DNA of 64,000 nt from NCBI GenBank assembly GCA_014360905.1, contig JACIWW010000012.1, positions 8,011 through 72,010 on the forward strand. Direction: 5' to 3'. Position numbers and translations under genes: made by a program. The number at the start of each line of letters is the position of its first letter. The first letter of the stretch is position 1. Of the stretch, positions 54,018 to 64,000 are shown one piece after another. Below the pieces are notes generated by a model. It had not been told where the DNA came from. It ran no database searches and worked only from the letters and a program-made list of their open reading frames with translations. The DNA is from Chloroflexota bacterium (GTDB lineage Bacteria; Chloroflexota; Anaerolineae; UBA2200).

Positions 54018-57000
54018 GTTGCAGACACTCGATCCGAGGATAGGATACTGAAAGATGGGCAACAGTGCTGCAAACCTGGGGCACTGACAGAGTTGCAGAC
54101 ACTCGATCCGAGGATAGGATACTGAAAGACCATTCCGTCCACCAATGCACCTTCCACACAATCAAGTTGCAGACACTCGATCCGAGGATAGGATACTGAA
54201 AGCACCAAAGCCCTAAATGGTCTTTTATCGGCACAGTCGTTGCAGACACTCGATCCGAGGATAGGATACTGAAAGTCGCTGCCCTTGACGCCGCCCGTTG
54301 GTCTGTGCCTTGTTGCAGACACTCGATCCGAGGATAGGATACTGAAAGATACAACCTGGTCTCCACGTGCCGCCGACAAAAACCAGTTGCAGACACTCGA
54401 TCCGAGGATAGGATACTGAAAGAAAAAGTAACCGATTTATTGCGAAACGTTTTAGAGAAGTTGCAGACACTCGATCCGAGGATAGGATACTGAAAGAATG
54501 ATGCTTTTGCTGTTTCGACAACGGATACTAGCAGTTGCAGACACTCGATCCGAGGATAGGATACTGAAAGGTTTTTAACTATTGCTTTACTATAAATGGC
54601 TGAGATTGTTGCAGACACTCGATCCGAGGATAGGATACTGAAAGTTCTTACCCACAGGCGGGGGGCGGCAAGGGATTAGTGTTGCAGACACTCGATCCGA
54701 GGATAGGATACTGAAAGCGTGGCTGAGCCTAATGAGCATGGCGGTAGTGACCAGTTGCAGACACTCGATCCGAGGATAGGATACTGAAAGGCTACTGTGC
54801 CAGAAGCCTACGTTCGGGTCAGGGCCGTTGCAGACACTCGATCCGAGGATAGGATACTGAAAGGTATAAATTGTGCCCCCAGATACGCGCTTTGTATAGT
54901 GGTTGCAGACACTCGATCCGAGGATAGGATACTGAAAGTGTTGCGATGCGCTTGATTCCACAGGGCTGGCAAAAAGTTGCAGACACTCGATCCGAGGATA
55001 GGATACTGAAAGAGTCGCCAATCATGGCGTATACAATACCGCCCGTGTAGGTTGCAGACACTCGATCCGAGGATAGGATACTGAAAGGCTGAAAATTGAA
55101 GGCGACGCCGCCATCATCGTTTCAGTTGCAGACACTCGATCCGAGGATAGGATACTGAAAGCAATGCACAAAACGAAGGCCAATGGCAAAATAAACTAGT
55201 TGCAGACACTCGATCCGAGGATAGGATACTGAAAGTGAGATATCCGCCAAACTACACGCCTTGCATGAGGAAGTTGCAGACACTCGATCCGAGGATAGGA
55301 TACTGAAAGTATGTGGAAACGGCCATTGAGCATGTAGTGCCAGTAGGTTGCAGACACTCGATCCGAGGATAGGATACTGAAAGTTCGCTGAAACGCGAGT
55401 TGTACCCATTTCAGCGTGAGTTGCAGACACTCGATCCGAGGATAGGATACTGAAAGCTCGCCCTGTCCACATATGCGCATTTCTATGTATGCGTTGCAGA
55501 CACTCGATCCGAGGATAGGATACTGAAAGGAGTTGACGTTAGGCGCATGTATCAAATGGGCGTGCTAGTTGCAGACACTCGATCCGAGGATAGGATACTG
55601 AAAGAGGAGCCTCAGTGGTCGCTTCAACACCCCTGCGGTTGCAGACACTCGATCCGAGGATAGGATACTGAAAGATGCCGAACGAGCCCGCGATCTGCAG
55701 GAATGGCACATGTTGCAGACACTCGATCCGAGGATAGGATACTGAAAGTTGTGGCTGAGCCTAATGAGCATGGCGGTAGTGACCAGTTGCAGACACTCGA
55801 TCCGAGGATAGGATACTGAAAGAGTGCAGCGCGATAAGGTAATCGAGTATCTGTCCCCGAGTTGCAGACACTCGATCCGAGGATAGGATACTGAAAGTGC
55901 AAGTTCAAATGGTGCCAGTCAGGGTAAGCGCCGGTTGCAGACACTCGATCCGAGGATAGGATACTGAAAGTCATCAAAGAGATCACAAGCGACGCGGTAT
56001 ACCGCGTTGCAGACACTCGATCCGAGGATAGGATACTGAAAGTCAGCGACTGAATAAGCACGCTCTGTCCTAGGAGTTCGTTGCAGACACTCGATCCGAG
56101 GATAGGATACTGAAAGGTCGGTACTCACCCTGGAGTGGGATGAGGCTATTTATGTTGCAGACACTCGATCCGAGGATAGGATACTGAAAGCTTTTGGAGT
56201 GGTGTACCCAGGGATAGTTATCCGAGAAGTTGCAGACACTCGATCCGAGGATAGGATACTGAAAGAAACGTCCGCCACCAACTTGGCCAACGAATGGAAC
56301 ATGTTGCAGACACTCGATCCGAGGATAGGATACTGAAAGCTTGTCCAGGAATCGTTTTTGTGCAAATTTGCATCGTGTTGCAGACACTCGATCCGAGGAT
56401 AGGATACTGAAAGGTGTGCCGCCCAATAGCGTTCAGCCCACTCTCTCGATAGTTGCAGACACTCGATCCGAGGATAGGATACTGAAAGCAGGTGAAGAAG
56501 AAAAGGGCATTGCCAGGTTAGCAGCAGGTTGCAGACACTCGATCCGAGGATAGGATACTGAAAGCATCTTTCGTCCCTCCTTACCGCAATCCATCCGCTG
56601 GTTGCAGACACTCGATCCGAGGATAGGATACTGAAAGACTACTATGACTACGACGTTGGTGTAAGCGCTATACAGAGTTGCAGACACTCGATCCGAGGAT
56701 AGGATACTGAAAGGCCACGTCGCGGATTACGTTTGGCAAGTCACGCTCCCGGTTGCAGACACTCGATCCGAGGATAGGATACTGAAAGCTCAGCAAGTTC
56801 GGGAGTAAATGCCTCACGGACAGCCAGTTGCAGACACTCGATCCGAGGATAGGATACTGAAAGGCACCCGTTCAATTGTGTCCAGGACTGGTGCGTGGCG
56901 TTGCAGACACTCGATCCGAGGATAGGATACTGAAAGTTATGCGCATATGCAGTAATGCGTGGCAGATTATCCAGTTGCAGACACTCGATCCGAGGATAGG

Positions 57001-60000
57001 ATACTGAAAGAGGTAGGCTTGCAGAGGGCGCAAGTTCCCGCTGTAAAGTTGCAGACACTCGATCCGAGGATAGGATACTGAAAGGCGTTTGTAAACGATC
57101 TCATGATAACTCCACCCAAACAGTTGCAGACACTCGATCCGAGGATAGGATACTGAAAGAATAAATTTGACAAATGGCGTCTACGACCTCGATAGGTTGC
57201 AGACACTCGATCCGAGGATAGGATACTGAAAGGTCGCTGACACTTCAGAGGGTTTCTGGCGCAGGATACGTGTTGCAGACACTCGATCCGAGGATAGGAT
57301 ACTGAAAGTCCAAGTTCAGACAAAACATTCACATCCCACTCTGCCAGGTTGCAGACACTCGATCCGAGGATAGGATACTGAAAGCATGAGCGCAAAAACG
57401 TTCCAGTGATAGCCATCACGAGTTGCAGACACTCGATCCGAGGATAGGATACTGAAAGCAAATGGCATCAGCCGCTGTACATCAACTGGCAAATTGTTGC
57501 AGACACTCGATCCGAGGATAGGATACTGAAAGCAAATAACAATGTAAACCCAGGGCGTTTGTTGGCTCAGTTGCAGACACTCGATCCGAGGATAGGATAC
57601 TGAAAGATTGTGGCTGAGCCTAACGAGCACGGCGGTAGTGACCAGTTGCAGACACTCGATCCGAGGATAGGATACTGAAAGTGCAGCAATAACAACTGCA
57701 ACGCCATATCCTACTTAGTTGCAGACACTCGATCCGAGGATAGGATACTGAAAGTGAGGGTAAGCGAGGGACACACGAAAAGCCATTGGATGTTGCAGAC
57801 ACTCGATCCGAGGATAGGATACTGAAAGCCGAAGGATGCGCAATGGCTACAGTTACGTCAACTAAGTTGCAGACACTCGATCCGAGGATAGGATACTGAA
57901 AGGCCTTGCGGGTCGGCTATGTCTTGTCTGCATCGCAGGTTGCAGACACTCGATCCGAGGATAGGATACTGAAAGTGATTGGTATGATGAGCTTGAGAAG
58001 CGGGCGCTTATAGGTTGCAGACACTCGATCCGAGGATAGGATACTGAAAGTGAGACGCTGGACAGCCCTGCCTGCGTCCGTTATATGTTGCAGACACTCG
58101 ATCCGAGGATAGGATACTGAAAGGTAATTTCCACGGGCCCTCGGCGCAAGCAATGAAAAGTTGCAGACACTCGATCCGAGGATAGGATACTGAAAGGTTT
58201 ATGCCCTGGCGGTTTTGTTCCGCCTTGAGTAGCGTTGCAGACACTCGATCCGAGGATAGGATACTGAAAGCGTGACGCACTTCAGATCCTGGGTCAAGTT
58301 CTGCCAGTGTTGCAGACACTCGATCCGAGGATAGGATACTGAAAGAGCAATTGTAAAAGCCGGATTTCATCACGCAGTGAGCGTTGCAGACACTCGATCC
58401 GAGGATAGGATACTGAAAGTGAATCGTACCGATCGTCCGCCAACCCAGATATATGTTGCAGACACTCGATCCGAGGATAGGATACTGAAAGGCGGCTACT
58501 GGTGCAAAGAATGCACAGCGTGCAAATGGGTTGCAGACACTCGATCCGAGGATAGGATACTGAAAGTTTCACGCTTGAAGCTGCGAATGCTCTGTATCTT
58601 GAGTTGCAGACACTCGATCCGAGGATAGGATACTGAAAGTTCCTTTTCCATCTTTAGCACTCTCCTTCAAGATTTGTTGCAGACACTCGATCCGAGGATA
58701 GGATACTGAAAGAAACACTTGCCGCATATGGGCCGCCATCACCAGTTCCGTTGCAGACACTCGATCCGAGGATAGGATACTGAAAGTTCGTCGGCGCCAA
58801 ACTTGTCGCACAAACTCTGCAGCAGTTGCAGACACTCGATCCGAGGATAGGATACTGAAAGTGCGTCTCGATTTGTGTGTCACGGGTCACTCATGTTTAG
58901 TTGCAGACACTCGATCCGAGGATAGGATACTGAAAGACTGGATTGGCATGGGCGACTATGCAGAATTGATTAGGTTGCAGACACTCGATCCGAGGATAGG
59001 ATACTGAAAGATTGATGCTGACCTAATCCACTTGCCAGCCCACAGCAGGTTGCAGACACTCGATCCGAGGATAGGATACTGAAAGTCGTTTCATCAATTT
59101 CTTGTTTCGTCAGGCCAAGATTGGTTGCAGACACTCGATCCGAGGATAGGATACTGAAAGCAAACTAAATATTTAGCATCGCGGTCATCAGTCCAGGTTG
59201 CAGACACTCGATCCGAGGATAGGATACTGAAAGTGCGTGACTTGATGCGGCGTAAAACGCACTGCGATACGTTGCAGACACTCGATCCGAGGATAGGATA
59301 CTGAAAGTGATAGCAGCAATAATTTTCAGGTTTTCCTTAGTCCAAGTTGCAGACACTCGATCCGAGGATAGGATACTGAAAGACTGCTTGAGGAGTTTTT
59401 CGTCTGCTAATGCGTTGCGTTGCAGACACTCGATCCGAGGATAGGATACTGAAAGGCCACAGCCAAAACAATGCGCGTGGCCATCAGGATAAGTTGCAGA
59501 CACTCGATCCGAGGATAGGATACTGAAAGCGACGAGGAGGCCGCGGCACAACTGCGCCAGGATTGGTTGCAGACACTCGATCCGAGGATAGGATACTGAA
59601 AGACCGATTAAGGGACCACCCCCGACCGCATCATCAATGGTTGCAGACACTCGATCCGAGGATAGGATACTGAAAGCATGGTTGCCGCGCAGTAGTGCCA
59701 AACACTTTGGCGGTTGCAGACACTCGATCCGAGGATAGGATACTGAAAGTCAATTTGCGTTAACGAGGGTGCTCCCCCTCCCTCGGTGTTGCAGACACTC
59801 GATCCGAGGATAGGATACTGAAAGCGTTCTCGCAAAAACCGGTTTCGTGTTGTCGGGCCGTGAGTTGCAGACACTCGATCCGAGGATAGGATACTGAAAG
59901 CAAATGCTGGCATAATGGCTGCCACATGGGCGCCGACCAGTTGCAGACACTCGATCCGAGGATAGGATACTGAAAGCAGGTCTTCAAGTTCTCCTCCTGG

Positions 60001-63000
60001 CTGTAGGTCCCTAGTTGCAGACACTCGATCCGAGGATAGGATACTGAAAGAATCGGCAAAAATGTCGCTCGTCAGTCACGGTTATAAGTTGCAGACACTC
60101 GATCCGAGGATAGGATACTGAAAGCGAGGTAAATTCGTGGTGCCGTGGGCTTTATCTCGAGTTGCAGACACTCGATCCGAGGATAGGATACTGAAAGGAA
60201 TACTGTGAATATTATGCACATTGCAGGAGGTAAAGTTGCAGACACTCGATCCGAGGATAGGATACTGAAAGTTTCATAACTGCCAGTGGTAGTTGTAAGC
60301 CGCGTCAGAGTTGCAGACACTCGATCCGAGGATAGGATACTGAAAGCCCGAGTTGCCTTTCGTGAACGTACTACCTTGCGCTAGTTGCAGACACTCGATC
60401 CGAGGATAGGATACTGAAAGAGACAACAAGCCTGGCGAGACATGGACCACGCTGAAGTTGCAGACACTCGATCCGAGGATAGGATACTGAAAGAGTCTTT
60501 GATGTGGTTTTCCACTAGCATCTTGACATCGTTGCAGACACTCGATCCGAGGATAGGATACTGAAAGCTCTGGCTATGCAGGTAGCCACTCACACAGCGT
60601 GGCAGTTGCAGACACTCGATCCGAGGATAGGATACTGAAAGCTGAGTTTTCCGATAACGCCCGCACATAATCATCGGTTGCAGACACTCGATCCGAGGAT
60701 AGGATACTGAAAGTCTTGCAACAATGCGCGCCAATGTGGTCTTGCCGCAGTTGCAGACACTCGATCCGAGGATAGGATACTGAAAGTCGTAAGCAGGCTG
60801 TAGTGCTTTTTCTCATCCTACAGTTGCAGACACTCGATCCGAGGATAGGATACTGAAAGCGTTGTCACCTAAGGGCATGATGGCATTAATTCAGCGTTGC
60901 AGACACTCGATCCGAGGATAGGATACTGAAAGCGAATCTGGCGCACTTGCATTGTATCGCCACTAATTGTTGCAGACACTCGATCCGAGGATAGGATACT
61001 GAAAGGTTCAGCGTCTGCAATTTGGACTAAGAGTTCAGCGTCGTTGCAGACACTCGATCCGAGGATAGGATACTGAAAGTTCCCCAGGCGGAGGCGATTG
61101 GCGCGGCTGAGGAAGTGTTGCAGACACTCGATCCGAGGATAGGATACTGAAAGCTGTGCGATCGCCGAACTAGAACACAACAGCCAGGTTATGTTGCAGA
61201 CACTCGATCCGAGGATAGGATACTGAAAGGTGAAATCCCAAAGCATTTTGTTTATCGCATCCGCAAGTTGCAGACACTCGATCCGAGGATAGGATACTGA
61301 AAGGCACTTGCGCGGTGCAGATCCGCACTCATTGAATGGGAGTTGCAGACACTCGATCCGAGGATAGGATACTGAAAGTGTCTGGGTGACGCTCGTCTTT
61401 CACCATGTACGGCAAGTTGCAGACACTCGATCCGAGGATAGGATACTGAAAGCTTGCCCCCGCAAATCTTCACTGTTTTCTTTCACGTGTTGCAGACACT
61501 CGATCCGAGGATAGGATACTGAAAGCAAAGAACCGTCGCGCCTATCGCGCACCCAGCCGTTGAGTTGCAGACACTCGATCCGAGGATAGGATACTGAAAG
61601 GCCGTAAATCTATGATTGCATCCATGATTTCACGATTGTTGCAGACACTCGATCCGAGGATAGGATACTGAAAGCGGCAAAAAAGCAGCGGAAATCAATC
61701 CCCTACGCGAGAGTTGCAGACACTCGATCCGAGGATAGGATACTGAAAGACCGTCTCCACGCCAGCGACTAAAAAGTCAACGCTAAGTTGCAGACACTCG
61801 ATCCGAGGATAGGATACTGAAAGTTGATGATGCGCCAAAGTGGGAGTGCAACATTAGATGTTGCAGACACTCGATCCGAGGATAGGATACTGAAAGACAA
61901 TGCGCAACTTCAGTGGCTCATCGGTACTGCGGAGTTGCAGACACTCGATCCGAGGATAGGATACTGAAAGGTTCATTCACTCGGCGCGAGTAGCCAAGCG
62001 ACAAGAGTTGCAGACACTCGATCCGAGGATAGGATACTGAAAGGTGAGCTTCCGGTAGTAGCTCAATAGCCGACAGCCACAGTTGCAGACACTCGATCCG
62101 AGGATAGGATACTGAAAGGCGATGTTGCAAATCCCTAGTGCAGGGTCATCAAAGTAAGTTGCAGACACTCGATCCGAGGATAGGATACTGAAAGCCTGAT
62201 TCCATGGGACTTCAGCAGCTTCACTGTATCTGTTGCAGACACTCGATCCGAGGATAGGATACTGAAAGGTCGGGGGAGTGTGAACGGTCGGACCGTGAGA
62301 AACTTGTTGCAGACACTCGATCCGAGGATAGGATACTGAAAGAAAGCAAACAGGTTTTTCACCACCCAGTCGTTCATGTGGTTGCAGACACTCGATCCGA
62401 GGATAGGATACTGAAAGAATGACACCCTCCACTCGCTGGAAATTGAACTGGGCGAGTTGCAGACACTCGATCCGAGGATAGGATACTGAAAGATCACTTT
62501 AAGTCTCTGCTGGCCAAAGGTATTGTTCAAGTTGCAGACACTCGATCCGAGGATAGGATACTGAAAGTTCTCTTGGCTACCTCCAATCGCTGTTCGGCGG
62601 GGAGTTGCAGACACTCGATCCGAGGATAGGATACTGAAAGGACTACGATGGGGGAGCGAGGACAGTATCCACTGGTTCCAGTTGCAGACACTCGATCCGA
62701 GGATAGGATACTGAAAGGCTGCTGAAAATCCTGCAGGTACAACAATTACAATCGTTGCAGACACTCGATCCGAGGATAGGATACTGAAAGCTTTCCACGG
62801 TCAAATTGATGTCCAGGCATACAGAAGTTGCAGACACTCGATCCGAGGATAGGATACTGAAAGCTCTGCAGTGCCGCCCTAAATTGGGCTTCGGTCGGTT
62901 GTTGCAGACACTCGATCCGAGGATAGGATACTGAAAGAATATGGCTCGCCTGCAAATGCCTCAAAACCTCCCAGTTGCAGACACTCGATCCGAGGATAGG

Positions 63001-64000
63001 ATACTGAAAGCCTTTCTCCATTGCCTATGCCTGGTTGGGGCGGCGAGGGTTGCAGACACTCGATCCGAGGATAGGATACTGAAAGCTTGCTAAACTTCTA
63101 GAAGCCCAAATACTTGCAGAGAAGTTGCAGACACTCGATCCGAGGATAGGATACTGAAAGTCATCAGAGAAGCCCGCCTTGGCTAGTTCAGTTCGCAAAG
63201 TTGCAGACACTCGATCCGAGGATAGGATACTGAAAGTACTTGCTGTACCTAAACTTTGCCATGATGTCAAACCAGGTTGCAGACACTCGATCCGAGGATA
63301 GGATACTGAAAGTTTCGTCTGGGCTGGGCTTTGTTTTACCGTGTCAGAAATAGTTGCAGACACTCGATCCGAGGATAGGATACTGAAAGGCGTTTTGAGA
63401 CGAACCAGGCGCACACAATCTGATGCGTTGCAGACATTCGATCCGAGGATAGGATACTGAAAGCACGCCATTTTGCATACACGCCGTAGTCTTGGGCATA
63501 GAGTTGCAGACACTCGATCCGAGGATAGGATACTGAAAGCCGCCAGGTCATTTGGCTCCCCTCCCAGCAAGATTGGTTGCAGACACTCGATCCGAGGATA
63601 GGATACTGAAAGACGACTGCGCCATACTTGACCAAGGGCGAGGATGGGGTTGCAGACACTCGATCCGAGGATAGGATACTGAAAGGCAGAGAGGAACACA
63701 AGCGGCAATTAGCATGCCCAAAGTTGCAGACACTCGATCCGAGGATAGGATACTGAAAGTAACTTTGTAAATGACCTTGCAGACCCTTCACCAAGGTTGC
63801 AGACACTCGATCCGAGGATAGGATACTGAAAGCCTCTTCTGTAGTGTCTGCAACTTTGGCTAGGAAGTCAAGTTGCAGACACTCGATCCGAGGATAGGAT
63901 ACTGAAAGGCATATCCGAAGCCCGTGCACGTGCACTTCTGGAGCAGTTGCAGACACTCGATCCGAGGATAGGATACTGAAAGGTGATCTCCAGGGCCGGG
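54018..64000 (+). CRISPR. CRISPR array, 135 repeats in window, continuing past the window end. Repeat GTTGCAGACACTCGATCCGAGGATAGGATACTGAAAG (37 nt). Spacers 35-39 nt. Transcribed on + strand (repeat ends in 8-nt 5'-handle ACUGAAAG).
   Basis: 135 repeat starts counted by hand (54018, 54092, ... 63944), period ~73-76 bp. Leader and cas genes are immediately upstream. One variant repeat (C to T, CAGACATTCG) at ~63427. Confidence 0.97.

Noticed and set aside
53905-63956. Dozens of track ORFs on the minus strand inside 53.9-64.0 kb (e.g. 53905..54618, 62135..62764)
   Set aside because: They all translate the CRISPR repeat (recurring peptides SILSSDRVSAT, FQYPILGSSVCN and LSVSYPRIECLQ in three frames). 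They are artefacts of a 135-copy direct repeat.

Overview
This is a GC-rich (~60%) bacterial window. Lipobox-bearing TAT signal peptides followed by Pro/Thr-rich linkers, a type I-D CRISPR-Cas locus and abundant mosaic palindromic intergenic repeats suggest a Chloroflexota-like (monoderm) genome, but the phylum call is low confidence.

Layout, left to right:
- 1-3424 (-): 5'-partial gene for a large secreted BNR/Asp-box plus parallel beta-helix protein.
- 3.6-8.9 kb: housekeeping genes (MFS transporter, PAS protein, ABC-2 exporter pair) interrupted by REP-like repeat clusters.
- 9.0-15.4 kb: tight three-gene operon of an XPB/ERCC3-type SF2 helicase plus two large paralogous proteins of unknown function, one with an N-terminal SWIM zinc finger.
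- 15.6-18.9 kb: consensus sigma70 promoter with a ~380-nt leader driving a TAT-exported poly-ferredoxin lipoprotein and a tungsten-type aldehyde:ferredoxin oxidoreductase (AOR).
- 19.2-20.7 kb: ThiF/MoeB-like E1 enzyme and a membrane protein.
- 20.8-27.3 kb: a TAT-exported RdhA/QueG-superfamily (reductive-dehalogenase-like) Fe-S enzyme carrying a C2H2-type zinc-finger motif, followed by NuoE-like, NuoF-like and an unusual NuoG-N-terminus::NapH-like membrane polyferredoxin fusion, then two tatA genes. I read this as a candidate NADH-fed transmembrane electron conduit to an exported reductase.
- 27.4-29.1 kb: hypothetical wHTH-like protein and an esterase.
- 29.4-34.4 kb (-): phoU-pstB-pstB-pstA-pstC-pstS operon.
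- 34.7-40.5 kb: flavoprotein, URO-D-like protein, a 1070-aa lipoprotein with beta-propeller/Asp-box repeats, and a lysophospholipase-like hydrolase.
- 41.7 kb onward: WYL-domain regulator, then the type I-D cas operon in a non-canonical order (cas10d, unknown 216-aa gene, cas7d, cas5d, cas3', an embedded REP-associated tyrosine transposase (RAYT) gene, cas6, cas1, cas2, cas4), a leader, and a very large CRISPR array of 135 repeats (37 nt, ending ACUGAAAG) that runs off the window end.

Points that deserve a second look:
- The RdhA-like / NuoEF / NuoG::NapH / TatA cluster.
- The exported AOR.
- The XPB-partner operon.
- The RAYT embedded co-directionally in the cas operon, with an in-frame tandem repeat ending in a hairpin.
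- The modular REP-like repeat family scattered across the window.
- Triple independent acquisition of the same protospacer in the array.
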